DNA from: Spirochaetota bacterium
Lineage (GTDB): Bacteria > Spirochaetota > UBA4802 > UBA5550
Direction: 5' to 3'
NCBI GenBank assembly: GCA_050298055.1
Contig: JBNKTL010000003.1
Coordinates: 81,685-145,684 of the forward strand
Length of the DNA: 64,000 nt
Positions within the stretch are counted from its first letter, which is position 1; each line of letters opens with the position of its first letter. Both the position numbers and the translations under genes were made by a program. The notes under the pieces are model-generated. The model saw only the letters and a list, made by a program, of their open reading frames with translations. It did no database searches and had not been told where the DNA came from. Positions 29,060-39,940 of this stretch are shown piece after piece.

Positions 29060-32000
29060 ATGAGAACAGAGATCTTTAACGGGTGGGATTTTATTCACAA
29101 CTTTCGACTAACATTTCGTAAAACATTTAGGCTGCGCTTTCTCGGGTTATATGTTTCAATAATAATCGCGTCTTTAATGAGCTGCAGTGACGGGGCGGTC
29201 AACGCCTACCTGGACTATGAACCGAACAGGGCGCCGCAGATCCTAGACCTGCAAAGCGATTTCACCGGCCTGCCTGTTCCCGGGGATATCATGACCGTAA
29301 GCTGTGAAACCTATGACCCCGACGGGAACCCTCTCACCTACGACTTTACCTCAGGCCAGGGGAGCTTCACGGGCCAGCAGGACAGGGAGGGAAAAAGTGA
29401 AATAACATTTGTTGTGGGCAATATTTCCGGGGGTGAAGAGGTCACTGTCTCCGTACAGGTCACCGACAGCAAAAACGCCTCTGCCGCAGCCACCCTCAAT
29501 ATCGGAACAAGCAGCCTGGGCCCGGCAATCACCCTTCTGGGATCGGATAACAGGACCATAGGGGCCGATGGGTATTCAGCGGTGACATTCAGGTCAAGCA
29601 TGGACGGCTTTTACCAGGTTGATCTCGCAGACAGCGGAATAACCGGAGATGAAATAGATCCGGATGGATATTTCTTTTTTATTCAAAAGAACACCGATAC
29701 TGTTTTCAATATATGCGGTACCAGCTATAGTGATAATGAATGTATTGCCGGTATTCCGAAACTCGAAACCGATTCTGCAAACAGTGTCTTCATCAAGGTC
29801 ATGGACGGTATGGGGCAGATTTCTGTTCGTGAGATCGTAATTACCGTGCTGGGTACCACTCCCGTTGTGGGAAACCCGGAGATACGTATTACCGATCTGA
29901 AGGATGACGCCATGACCCTTAACTGGAACTTTGCAACAGACCTGGATAACCCCGAAGCCGGTGAGCAACAGCAGGGGATGGACTACAGTGTCTATATGTC
30001 TGAGAATGATAATATCTCCACACTGGAAGACGTGGAATCTTACGGGAACAGAGTAATGGATTGGAAAGCTGATCTAAATTTCTTTACTGTTACCGGTCTT
30101 GCTCCTTCCACTACATATTATTTTAATGTAGTGGTGATGGATGGTGACGGGGTGAAGGAGGTTTATGGGGGTGTTGAGGGGAGGACGGAGGAGAGGACAT
30201 ATTTTCAGGTAATCTCCACTGTGCCGGCCCCGGATGTTACTGATGTTGATATTAATTCCAAAATTGTGATAGCATTTAACAGGGAGTTAAACGAGGAAAC
30301 CGTCAATGAGGATACGATTGTCCTGAAAGATACCCATGGTGATGAAATTCCTGTGAAACTCAGTCTCTCCGGCAGTAATATGGTTATTATCGTTGAACCT
30401 GTGGACAATCTTGATTATGGGATGAAGTATTATATGACTGTTTCTTCCGGTATGGAAGATGTTCAGGGGGATGGTCTCGGGGATGATTATGTTTTTGGGT
30501 TTTCTACGAAAGTCAGGTGTACAAGCTGTTTTGTGACAACGTGGAAAACGGATAATCCCGGGACTTCGGAGGATGATCAGATCACTATTCCGGTTTATAG
30601 TGGTGAAACTTATGATTATTCTGTAGATTGGGGGGATGGGAGCAGTGATGAACATCTCACAGGGAGTGCAACCCATACTTATGATGTTCCTGGTATTTAT
30701 ACCGTTAGCATATCCGGGACATTTCCAAGGATATACTTTTTTAATTCCGGGGATAGGGAAAAAATATTGACAATTGAGAGTTGGGGGGAGATTGAATGGA
30801 CGAGTATGGCATCTGCATTTTTCGGATGTAGTAACCTCACATATAACGCTACAGATGCCCCTAATCTTTCCGGTGTTACTGTTATGAATTATATGTTCTA
30901 TAATGCACTTTCTTTAAACGGAGATTTCAGTGGATGGGACGTCAGTAATGTTGCAGATATGAGCTCTATGTTTGCGTACGCCACTTCATTCAACGGCGAT
31001 ATTAGCAGCTGGGATGTAAGCAGTGTTACAAATATGTATGGTATGTTTTGGAATGCTACTTCATTTAACAGAGATCTCAATAACTGGGATGTTAAAAATG
31101 TTATTAATATGTTCTTAATGTTTGGAACTGCTACTTCTTTTAATGGAAATATCAGCGGATGGGACGTTAGTAATGTTACTAATATGTCTGGCATGTTTGA
31201 GTCTGCCACTTCATTCAACGGAGATATTAGCAACTGGGATGTAAGCAGTGTTACAAATATGTATGGTATGTTTTGGAATGCTACAACATTTAACGGGGAT
31301 ATAAGTGGATGGGATGTTAGCAATGTTACAGATATGAGATTGATGTTTCGTAATGCTTCTACTTTTTCAAATCATGATCTTAATGGTTGGGATGTTAGTA
31401 GTGTCAAAGTAATGAGTTCTATGTTTAATGGAGCTTCTTCTTTTAATGGAGATATCAGCAACTGGAACGTTAGTAATGTTAAAGATATGATCTATATGTT
31501 TTATAATGCCACTTCATTCAACGGTGATATCAGCAGGTGGGATGTCAGTAGTGTTACAGATATGTACGGCATGTTTCGGAATGCCACTTCATTCAACGGT
31601 GATATCAGCAGGTGGGATGTCAGTAATGTTAAAAATATGAGTTCTATGTTTAATGGAGCTTCTTCTTTTAATGGAGATATCATTAACTGGAACGTTAATA
31701 ATGTTAAAAATATGATCTATATGTTTAATAATGCCATTTCATTTAACAGAGATATTAACAAATGGGATGTGAGTAGTGTTACTAATATGTATGGGATGTT
31801 TTGGGGCGCAAGTACTTTTAACGGGGATATGAGCAACTGGGATGTCAGCAATGTCACTAATATGGCATTTATGTTTTATAACGCTTCTGATTTTAATGGA
31901 GACACCAGCAGATGGGACGTCAGTAATGTTATATATATGGATAGCATGTTTTTTGGTGCTCGTTCTTTTAACGGAGATATCAGCGGCTGGGATGTCAGCA

Positions 32001-32596
32001 GTGTCACTGATATGAGCAATATGTTTTATAACGCAAAATCATTTGAGAAAGATATCAGTGATTGGGATGTAAGTAGTGTAACTAATATGAAATTTATGTT
32101 TTTTGGTTCCTCTTCTTTTAACGGAGATATAAACGGATGGGATGTCAGCAGTGTCACAAATATGAATGCAATGTTTGCTTACGCCACTTCTTTTAACAGG
32201 GATATCAGCAGGTGGGAGGTAAATAGCGTCAAAAGTATGGTAAGTATGTTTTGTGGGGCTTCTTCTTTCAATGGAGATATTAGTAGCTGGAACGTCAGCA
32301 ATGTCACAGACATGAACTCTATGTTTTATAACGCTACTTCTTTTGACAAAGATATCAGCAAATGGGATGTTAGCAGTGTAACAAATATGACAGGGATGTT
32401 TCGAGGCACAACTTCATTTAATGGAGACATAAGTAACTGGGATGTCAGTAGTGTTATAAATATGAGTTATATGTTTTATAACGCATCTGCTTTTTCATAC
32501 CACAATCTCAGCGACTGGGATGTTGAAAATGTTACTGATCACACGGGATTTTCAACAGGATGGGGAGATGGGAATATGGAGCCTGAGTGGCCGTGA
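29060..32596 (+). CDS. Surface lipoprotein: Ig/FN3/Big_5/PKD domains + DUF285 (BspA-like) repeats
   Basis: GGAGG RBS before 29060; SLMSC lipobox; GLAPSTTYYF FN3; VDWGDGS PKD; 22 DUF285 units. Confidence 0.88.
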   Translation: MRTEIFNGWDFIHNFRLTFRKTFRLRFLGLYVSIIIASLMSCSDGAVNAYLDYEPNRAPQILDLQSDFTGLPVPGDIMTVSCETYDPDGNPLTYDFTSGQGSFTGQQDREGKSEITFVVGNISGGEEVTVSVQVTDSKNASAAATLNIGTSSLGPAITLLGSDNRTIGADGYSAVTFRSSMDGFYQVDLADSGITGDEIDPDGYFFFIQKNTDTVFNICGTSYSDNECIAGIPKLETDSANSVFIKVMDGMGQISVREIVITVLGTTPVVGNPEIRITDLKDDAMTLNWNFATDLDNPEAGEQQQGMDYSVYMSENDNISTLEDVESYGNRVMDWKADLNFFTVTGLAPSTTYYFNVVVMDGDGVKEVYGGVEGRTEERTYFQVISTVPAPDVTDVDINSKIVIAFNRELNEETVNEDTIVLKDTHGDEIPVKLSLSGSNMVIIVEPVDNLDYGMKYYMTVSSGMEDVQGDGLGDDYVFGFSTKVRCTSCFVTTWKTDNPGTSEDDQITIPVYSGETYDYSVDWGDGSSDEHLTGSATHTYDVPGIYTVSISGTFPRIYFFNSGDREKILTIESWGEIEWTSMASAFFGCSNLTYNATDAPNLSGVTVMNYMFYNALSLNGDFSGWDVSNVADMSSMFAYATSFNGDISSWDVSSVTNMYGMFWNATSFNRDLNNWDVKNVINMFLMFGTATSFNGNISGWDVSNVTNMSGMFESATSFNGDISNWDVSSVTNMYGMFWNATTFNGDISGWDVSNVTDMRLMFRNASTFSNHDLNGWDVSSVKVMSSMFNGASSFNGDISNWNVSNVKDMIYMFYNATSFNGDISRWDVSSVTDMYGMFRNATSFNGDISRWDVSNVKNMSSMFNGASSFNGDIINWNVNNVKNMIYMFNNAISFNRDINKWDVSSVTNMYGMFWGASTFNGDMSNWDVSNVTNMAFMFYNASDFNGDTSRWDVSNVIYMDSMFFGARSFNGDISGWDVSSVTDMSNMFYNAKSFEKDISDWDVSSVTNMKFMFFGSSSFNGDINGWDVSSVTNMNAMFAYATSFNRDISRWEVNSVKSMVSMFCGASSFNGDISSWNVSNVTDMNSMFYNATSFDKDISKWDVSSVTNMTGMFRGTTSFNGDISNWDVSSVINMSYMFYNASAFSYHNLSDWDVENVTDHTGFSTGWGDGNMEPEWP
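30900..32540 (+). repeat. Coding tandem array of 22 x ~75 bp DUF285 repeats
   Basis: 22 occurrences of W(D/N/E)V within FNGDISxWDVSxVTxMxxMF units. Confidence 0.93.
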
Positions 32597-32621
32597 GGTA
32601 ATTCAACTTCCACATACAGGT

Positions 32622-35600
32622 TTAAGGTAAAATACCATCATCCTGGACTTCCTGATAGTAAATATCGGTCCCGGTAACAGAACTATTCCTAAAATCCAAC
32701 CACACAGGAATAATTCCAAAGGGCGCAGTAGATGCATCATCATCATAAAACAAGAGTTTCATATCAAGTTCGCTGGGAATACCATATGTTGAAGGTGTCA
32801 TTATAAAAAGCTCATTACCTGTAACATTGTCCCAGTTCCCCGATGTACTTTTTGTCCCATCTGAATTAAATCTCTGGGCATAGACCTGGTACCCAACCGT
32901 TGAGTAGTATCTGCCGTCATACCATGCTGCATAGAAAGTGTCATTACCAGCAGATGTTGTATCACTTACAACAAGTTTAGGCTGGAGACAGTAGTATGAC
33001 ACCAGATCACTGGTTATTCTTGTCGCAGCAAATGATGAAGATCCATTGGGATTATAACTGCTAATAACTATGTCACTATATGAATCTCCACCGTTATTTT
33101 CATAGGCAATAAGAATCCTGTTTATTCCGTTAGTTGATTTATCAACAGCTATGTCAGGATTATAACCTGTTATACTAACAGGAAAACCGGCCCTTGTTGC
33201 TCCTGTTGAACCATTTATTCTTACAATCCTTATTGAGCCTGAACCATTATCCGCAAGAAGATATGCTCCGCCAACACCGCTTGTGGCCCTGTCTGGGAGG
33301 ACCTGTGTTATTGAATAGCTTGTAAGTATATTTGTCCGCGCCCAGCTTTCAGTACCATCCGCCGCAATACTTTTTGCATGTATATTTCCGCTCCCTTCAT
33401 AAAAGACGATTGTTCTTCCCGCTTCATCCGATACCGCTACCGGATTGGAAAATGTTCCCGTATCAATTGATATCTCCCCTCCAATTGCAGCTCCCGATGC
33501 CAGATTAAATACACGTCCCTTCAGGTCATCAGCTGTATCGATATAAACAACCATGAATGCCCGTTTTGTGTAAATCACATATTTCTGGCTTGCTGCAGTA
33601 AAAATGTCAGCTGAAAGTTCAACATTATTTGCGTCAATTAAAGAGATTATTTCAGCTGATATATCCTGATCAATATTATAGACAATATCCCCTTTGGTAA
33701 TACCGGCACTCAAATCAGTATTTGTATCAACAAGCCTGAATGCCGTTGTGGATGTACTATACCCTGCTGCCACATATGTTGCTCCTGATGGAAGACTCAA
33801 TATAGCATAAAAATCATTATCATCAATGATATCAGCATTAAGTTCCAGGGCATAATTGCTTTCTGAACCGGTCAATGGATTTACTACTTCACTTTTTGTT
33901 GCTGCGACTGAATTGTTATTCTCATTAATGACAATATCATCCGCAAGAACTGTAACACCCGGGTTAAATGCAACTGAGGGATCTCTGTCCCAAAGAGGAT
34001 TTGAAACAGCTTCAGATGTAAAGGGGCCTTCATGGTTTCTATATATTGTAAATGAATCAAATTGGGCTAATAATGTTAATGTCCTGTCTATTTCTACTTC
34101 ATAACATGGACAGCCTCCATTCCATATACCAGCTCCATTTGCTAGACCCCATTCTGAATCCCCAGTTACTATGATATCACCCGCTACAACAGATGTTAAA
34201 TCCGTAAATGAAGACCTTATATGCGTAGTGTCGGTTGATGCATGCCCAGAGATACCTGTTATAACATTAGTGCTTGTATCTGCAAGATAATAATTTGTGT
34301 ATGCTCCCAGGTTTGAATTAAGATTAGTTTTTAACACATATTCAAATATATCTGTTGGTGATGTGTTCTGGTTCTGTATATTATTACTGTTCCAGTTTAT
34401 TCCGGCTGTATTTGTAAGCAATAGATCACCTGCAGCAAGTGTGAAGCTTAAGCTTAAGCTTAAACCTGAAAAATCAACATCCCTGTCAAAAAGAAGATTT
34501 GTTGCAACTCCATCATCGGGCATATCAGCCTGGCCGGTAACTTTTACTGTGGGTCTCTCATGGACAAGGGCGGCAGAAAAGCCTGAACCGGTTTGAGTTG
34601 CGACAACGCTTACACTTGTACCGTCACTACCTGCAGGCCCCCCCCATCGATAAGCAAGGCCATTGTAAACCATTTTTGCATAGAGTATGTCATTATCTGT
34701 TCTTCTTCCAATGATAATTGCGTCATCATTGGTGTACCTGCTGTTAAGGACATTAATAGATGAGAATGCACTTCCGCTGCTTGTAATATCGGAACCGTCA
34801 ACTCCCCACTGCGGGGTACCCGTTGTATCAAAATACTGGGCCTGAATATCAGTACTGTTATCAATCCAGAAGATATAAGATGAGCCATCAGAATTTTGAA
34901 CACTCTTTAGAGTTCCCTGGTCGTTTGCCACATCAGTAACAACTTTTCCTCCGGTTCCAACATTGGGTGCGGTGAAAAATGAATATTCCGCTGATGCAAG
35001 ATCACCGACAGTATATCCTCCGGAATTATCAATATCGATCCATACCCTGTAGTAATAGAGTGTATTTGGGGTTAAGCCTGTAAGCTGTATCCTGTGGTAT
35101 GAATGTTCATCGATACCATCACCATCCCAGTCGGTTTCAACAGTATTTGTTCCATATGTACCGCTTGTCGTACCATATTGCACATATGTTTGAAGCCGCG
35201 TAAAGGGCATGTCAGTGTTAAATGAAATCCATATTGAGTTAGTGGCAGCTGTGTCTTCATTAATATTTGTGGTCGTTGTGGGTGTTGTCCCTCCAGACGC
35301 AGGGTCCGTTTCGGTCGTGAAAGTCCATGTGTCTTCTCCGTCTTCGATAAGAGGATATGTCCCATCTGTTATTGCAGGAGTAAGGTCAACCGTATATAGT
35401 GTATTATAAGCCATAGGATTAACAAAATCAATCCTGTAAGTGTTTGTACCACCTACCTGCGAGACTGAACTTCCGATTACAGCAGGAGTTATTGTGAATG
35501 ATGCACCATCTACTCCCACAACCGGTTTTGTGAAAGTTACTTCAACATATGGTGTATTGATATTGACAGTACCGCCTGTGGGTGACTGTGTTCCCGGTAT

Positions 35601-36077
35601 GACACGGGGATACGTTGTAGTTGAAGTTAATTCCGTTGTAAAATTCCATGTATAGATCTGGTCAACTGACTTAGTCCCCTCAGCGGCTGTGGAGGTTACG
35701 CCAGTATTCAGGGTAACTGTATATAAAGTACCGGGTGTAAGATCAGTTGTTGGATTAAGCGTTATAACTTTGCTATCAGTGCCAGGTGCAGGATAGGTTG
35801 CACCATTATCAATGCTTATATTTGCAGCAACCGTTGTGAAATCCACAGTATTTGAAAAAACAATGACAATATTTGCATCAACGGGAACATCACTCGAACC
35901 ATCTGTTGGATATGCGAGAAAGGCATTCATATCCGATATGCCCGGTTCAGAAGTTGTAACAGTTGTATTAATACTTGCAGGTTCAACAGTTGGAGCTATA
36001 TCAGAACAGCCTGTTAAGACCAGTATTATAAAAATTATTACTTTTAATAGAACATTAATTTTAATATTGTCATTCAT
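32622..36077 (-). CDS. Large surface lipoprotein (Big_5 Ig-like x2, FN3, propeller-like repeats)
   Basis: LTGC lipobox; PTDGSSDVPVDANIVIVFS; LTGLTPNTLYYYRV; W-x-D-x-R...DIY-x-Q repeats. Confidence 0.8.
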   Translation of the reverse strand: MNDNIKINVLLKVIIFIILVLTGCSDIAPTVEPASINTTVTTSEPGISDMNAFLAYPTDGSSDVPVDANIVIVFSNTVDFTTVAANISIDNGATYPAPGTDSKVITLNPTTDLTPGTLYTVTLNTGVTSTAAEGTKSVDQIYTWNFTTELTSTTTYPRVIPGTQSPTGGTVNINTPYVEVTFTKPVVGVDGASFTITPAVIGSSVSQVGGTNTYRIDFVNPMAYNTLYTVDLTPAITDGTYPLIEDGEDTWTFTTETDPASGGTTPTTTTNINEDTAATNSIWISFNTDMPFTRLQTYVQYGTTSGTYGTNTVETDWDGDGIDEHSYHRIQLTGLTPNTLYYYRVWIDIDNSGGYTVGDLASAEYSFFTAPNVGTGGKVVTDVANDQGTLKSVQNSDGSSYIFWIDNSTDIQAQYFDTTGTPQWGVDGSDITSSGSAFSSINVLNSRYTNDDAIIIGRRTDNDILYAKMVYNGLAYRWGGPAGSDGTSVSVVATQTGSGFSAALVHERPTVKVTGQADMPDDGVATNLLFDRDVDFSGLSLSLSFTLAAGDLLLTNTAGINWNSNNIQNQNTSPTDIFEYVLKTNLNSNLGAYTNYYLADTSTNVITGISGHASTDTTHIRSSFTDLTSVVAGDIIVTGDSEWGLANGAGIWNGGCPCYEVEIDRTLTLLAQFDSFTIYRNHEGPFTSEAVSNPLWDRDPSVAFNPGVTVLADDIVINENNNSVAATKSEVVNPLTGSESNYALELNADIIDDNDFYAILSLPSGATYVAAGYSTSTTAFRLVDTNTDLSAGITKGDIVYNIDQDISAEIISLIDANNVELSADIFTAASQKYVIYTKRAFMVVYIDTADDLKGRVFNLASGAAIGGEISIDTGTFSNPVAVSDEAGRTIVFYEGSGNIHAKSIAADGTESWARTNILTSYSITQVLPDRATSGVGGAYLLADNGSGSIRIVRINGSTGATRAGFPVSITGYNPDIAVDKSTNGINRILIAYENNGGDSYSDIVISSYNPNGSSSFAATRITSDLVSYYCLQPKLVVSDTTSAGNDTFYAAWYDGRYYSTVGYQVYAQRFNSDGTKSTSGNWDNVTGNELFIMTPSTYGIPSELDMKLLFYDDDASTAPFGIIPVWLDFRNSSVTGTDIYYQEVQDDGILP

Positions 36078-36357
36078 TATTGTATTATATTGATTAAAAA
36101 AACGAATCTTCTTAATGTGATGTATATTAATACTTCATATATATTAAAAAAGAGTAAATTTTCTTGATTTTTATCGCAAAACTCACTAACTTTGCCCATT
36201 AATACAACATCTTTTTTTAGAAAGTATACACTTTTTAATGGAATATCTGGTACTCAATATTAATGAAATTCTAATAAAATAGAGAATTAATTTCAACAAA
36301 AATTGAAAAAAAATAGAAAAATCAAATAATATCTTTAATATTAATAATATAAAATGA

Positions 36358-36470
36358 ATAACTACTCAACTATATATCCCCATCACCTTAAGTTGTGGGT
36401 ATTTATTAGTTTTATTTTTTTACTGAATATAATTATTCCTAATACATTATTCACATTGTTGAGTAGTTAT
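36358..36470. mobile_element. Degenerate MITE-like copy lacking the GC hairpin
   Basis: TIRs ATAACTACTCAAC / GTTGAGTAGTTAT; internal GAATATAATTATTC shared with copy 2. Confidence 0.6.
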
Positions 36471-36489
36471 TAAAATTACAGGTTTAATT

Positions 36490-38934
36490 TTGAAAAAATT
36501 ATCTAAGAGTATAAAAAATTATAAACTTTTTTCCCCTGTATTAATAATTGCCCTGGTTTTTTTGGTTACCACCAGGTCAAAGGGCGCAATAACATCCATA
36601 ACTTTGACACCGGGAAATCCCACGACCTTATCCAATACACTTGGTTATTATCTTGCGGGCAGACAATATACATTTACTGTAAATGTCAAGGATCCTGCCG
36701 CAACAGCATGGGCAGATATCACAGAGGTACGTCTCAATATACCTAATGGACCGGCAATTGAATTATGGGTGAACCCATCAGGTACAGGAGCTCAGACAAT
36801 TAATTATGTGTCAGGAGTAACATCCGATGTATCTGCAAATATCCCAGGTACTGATACTTATAATGATTTTGATGTCCAGTTTACCATAACTGTATTGTGG
36901 AACATTGCAGAATCCAGTTGGGCAGCATCAAGAGTAATTACAGCACAGGCTGTATCATCAAATACATTAAGTACAACTCAGAATGTTTCCTATGGAGTAT
37001 GTTCTTCCATAAGATTTAATAATTTTGCCCAGGATTTAGACGCACTTGATGGTTATGTAAGCCCCTGGCACAATGCCTTTAACGTTACAGGGGCAATTGT
37101 TTATGATGTGCCTGGAGCGACAAATAGTGATAAGGTCTATTTTGTAAATGGAGGTTCGGAACTTACCAGTGTAAGATTATTGCATAATGGAGTTGACACA
37201 ACTGGCATGAGTACTCCTCTTACTGCTGATTCCGCTTTTACGAATGATGCTAACGACGATGTCTCTATTACTGTATCTGCTGCGTTTTTTAATAGCAATA
37301 GCTTAGCATTAAGTACTTTGCCATGGACAGTTCAAGCCTATTTCTCAACAGGAAGTGGATCTGAGGTTTCCAGCAATTCTTTAAATATTACAAATGAAAG
37401 GGTGGAAGTTACATCTGTAAGGTTAATAAATGGCGGCGGTACGGATTTATCTCCTGTGCCACCTCCCGAAGCCAGGGTCTATAACCGGTCAGTTAATGTT
37501 TCAGGTGTGCAACTTCAGGTTTACGCAAGGATGCAGGGCTCTACAGGAACTGTTATTGGGAATACAACTGTTAGAGTAAGGGACATTACTGATACTATTG
37601 ATTATGATGTTGTTATAAACAATGGCACAAATGTTGGGACAGTAAATCTTTCAGCGTTTTCTTATCCAACAACTCCGGCAACTGCTGGAAATACAAATAC
37701 ACACACCTATCAGGTTACAAATATTTCAGGAAGTGTAACTGACAGTAATCAAAATGTTTATGCAAGGATCCTTCAACCTGGGAATAATGGAGGATCCGAT
37801 ACTATTGTCTATTGGGATAATGCCGACCAGCCCGGTAATAATGGATCATCATTTACAACCTTTCAAGCAACACCATGGTCATCAACTGCAGATTCATTTA
37901 CAATTAATTGGAATGCTATTCCCAACGGTACTACATTTGACGGGGATTTTTATACTTACAGGATATATTATCAATTGCCAAGTACAGTGTGGAATATGTT
38001 AGATGTCAGTACCGGAGGTATCTATACTGCCTTGGGCACTTATACAACAAATACTATTGATATTTCAGGGCTTGCTCCATTAACTGACTACCCTTTTAGA
38101 GTTTCGGCAGTAGATGTTTATGGCAACGAAGTTGTACTGGCTGACATGCTAACTGATACAGCCAGTACAAAACCATCATCACTTACCGTATCAATATCTG
38201 ATGGAATAACCACATATGAAGATTCATCTTTCACAGGAAACCAGCTCGCTACAGCAAGACCAGTAAGAAAATCATCAATAAAAGTAACTCTTTACCTCGT
38301 AACTGGAGGAAATGAACCTGATGAGATCAACCTGATTATTGGTGACAATTCTCTTGAACCAGCAACTATTCTGGGTAGTACATATTATACAATACCCAGT
38401 ACAAAAAAATCATCAAATACATGGGTTGCATATATACCCAGCACACATACACTTATGTCTTTAAATGAATCTATAAGGTTTATCGTGGAAACAAAATATC
38501 AAGGAACAAGTACTTATGTTGATCATGATGCAGACTATAATCCTGCAGAGCAGTTGCCTGCAGGTGAAGATTATAATAACTGGGAATATACTTTTACTAT
38601 TTCAAAACCAACCACCTTCTCCCCCTGGCCCACACGCATTCTGAACAACGTCATCACGGACAAAAACCCCGTGGCCTACCCGGCATACTACCTCACCGAG
38701 GACGCCAATGTGACAATAAGGGTCTATGACATAAAGGGAAGGCCGGTTGTGACCCTGCTGGACAATGCCTTCAGGCGGAGCGGCCAGAACATCAAGGAGA
38801 ACGGCTGGCGGGGGATCAACAAATCAAGCAGGATGCTGGGACCCGGTCTCTATTATATGCATTTCAGGGCCAAAAGTTCTTCCAGCGGGAAGGTCATACT
38901 CAACAAGTTCAAAAAGGTGGTCATCGCGAAGTAA
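36490..38934 (+). CDS. Large secreted protein with FN3 and C-terminal FlgD-Ig / T9SS-CTD-like domain
   Basis: N-terminal hydrophobic signal; GLAPLTDYPFRVSAVDVYGNE; RVYDIKGRPVVTL...WRG...GPGLYY...KKVVIAK. Confidence 0.8.
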   Translation: MKKLSKSIKNYKLFSPVLIIALVFLVTTRSKGAITSITLTPGNPTTLSNTLGYYLAGRQYTFTVNVKDPAATAWADITEVRLNIPNGPAIELWVNPSGTGAQTINYVSGVTSDVSANIPGTDTYNDFDVQFTITVLWNIAESSWAASRVITAQAVSSNTLSTTQNVSYGVCSSIRFNNFAQDLDALDGYVSPWHNAFNVTGAIVYDVPGATNSDKVYFVNGGSELTSVRLLHNGVDTTGMSTPLTADSAFTNDANDDVSITVSAAFFNSNSLALSTLPWTVQAYFSTGSGSEVSSNSLNITNERVEVTSVRLINGGGTDLSPVPPPEARVYNRSVNVSGVQLQVYARMQGSTGTVIGNTTVRVRDITDTIDYDVVINNGTNVGTVNLSAFSYPTTPATAGNTNTHTYQVTNISGSVTDSNQNVYARILQPGNNGGSDTIVYWDNADQPGNNGSSFTTFQATPWSSTADSFTINWNAIPNGTTFDGDFYTYRIYYQLPSTVWNMLDVSTGGIYTALGTYTTNTIDISGLAPLTDYPFRVSAVDVYGNEVVLADMLTDTASTKPSSLTVSISDGITTYEDSSFTGNQLATARPVRKSSIKVTLYLVTGGNEPDEINLIIGDNSLEPATILGSTYYTIPSTKKSSNTWVAYIPSTHTLMSLNESIRFIVETKYQGTSTYVDHDADYNPAEQLPAGEDYNNWEYTFTISKPTTFSPWPTRILNNVITDKNPVAYPAYYLTEDANVTIRVYDIKGRPVVTLLDNAFRRSGQNIKENGWRGINKSSRMLGPGLYYMHFRAKSSSSGKVILNKFKKVVIAK

Positions 38935-38935
38935 A

Positions 38936-39940
38936 CTACAGCCACTCCACCTCTGTCCCATTAAAAAGCTCTATCCTCTCCTTCAATCCCTTTGAGATAA
39001 AGAGATTCATATCCATGTCCATAAGAATAACCAGTATCCCCTTCTCTCTTTTCAAAAACTCCCGGGTCTTCTCAAGCCCCATGACGAAGATTGAAGTTGC
39101 ATATGCGTCGGAGAGGACAGGGTCCTTTGAGATCACCGATACCGAGGCGAAAGTCTCTGTGGGTTCTCCCGTCCGGGGATCGATGATGTGGTGGTACTTC
39201 CTGTTTTTGTACTCAACCATCCGCTCGTAGTCCCCGCTGGTGGCGATGGCGTCCATGTCATCAAGCTTAATGGAGAGGAGCAGGTCCCTCTTTCGCGGGT
39301 TCATGAGGCCGGTGGTCCACTTCTTTCCGAACTTTGTTCCGAAGACCTGGAGGTCACCCCCGGCGTCCACGATCCCGGCCCGGACCCCCGTTTTTTTCAG
39401 GGTCTCCAGGGCCCTCCTGATGGTGTATCCCTTGGCGATCCCTCCCAGGCCGATCTTCATTCCCGGTTCTCGGAAAGCCACACCGGGACGTTTTTCATCA
39501 AGGATGATGTTCCTGTAATTGACCAGGGGAAGGTTTTTCCGTACGATCTCTTTGGAGGGAGGGGTAAAATCTGTTTTCCGGTAGTCCCAGAGGCGGGCTA
39601 TTGACTTGAAGGTGATATCAAATGCCCCGGAAGTTTTGTCTGATATTTCAACGGCCTTTTGGATCATGAGGAAGGTCTCCCTGTTCACGGTGACCATCTT
39701 CGTCCCGCTCCTGTTGATCACCGATATGTCGCTCTCCTTTTTATAGGAGCTCATCATCCTGTCGATCCTCTCGATCTCACCGAAGGCAGCGTCCGCCGCC
39801 GCCGGGGCGTTCTTCCCGTCGGTAATAAGGGAAAGATTGACAATTGTTCCCATAATGGGCCGTTTTACCCTGTAGACCTCCTGGCTGCAGGATACATGAA
39901 AAGCGGAAGCAAGTATTAATATCAGGCATAATCTTTTCAT
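38936..39940 (-). CDS. apbE: FAD:protein FMN transferase
   Basis: Lipobox; MGT, GAFDIT, GGIAKGY, ATSGDYER, HIIDPRTG. Confidence 0.95.
   Translation of the reverse strand: MKRLCLILILASAFHVSCSQEVYRVKRPIMGTIVNLSLITDGKNAPAAADAAFGEIERIDRMMSSYKKESDISVINRSGTKMVTVNRETFLMIQKAVEISDKTSGAFDITFKSIARLWDYRKTDFTPPSKEIVRKNLPLVNYRNIILDEKRPGVAFREPGMKIGLGGIAKGYTIRRALETLKKTGVRAGIVDAGGDLQVFGTKFGKKWTTGLMNPRKRDLLLSIKLDDMDAIATSGDYERMVEYKNRKYHHIIDPRTGEPTETFASVSVISKDPVLSDAYATSIFVMGLEKTREFLKREKGILVILMDMDMNLFISKGLKERIELFNGTEVEWL

Noticed and set aside
30900..32540. CRISPR array or DGR template/variable repeat
   Set aside because: In-frame coding repeats without unique spacers; differences are not adenine-specific; no cas or reverse transcriptase gene in the window
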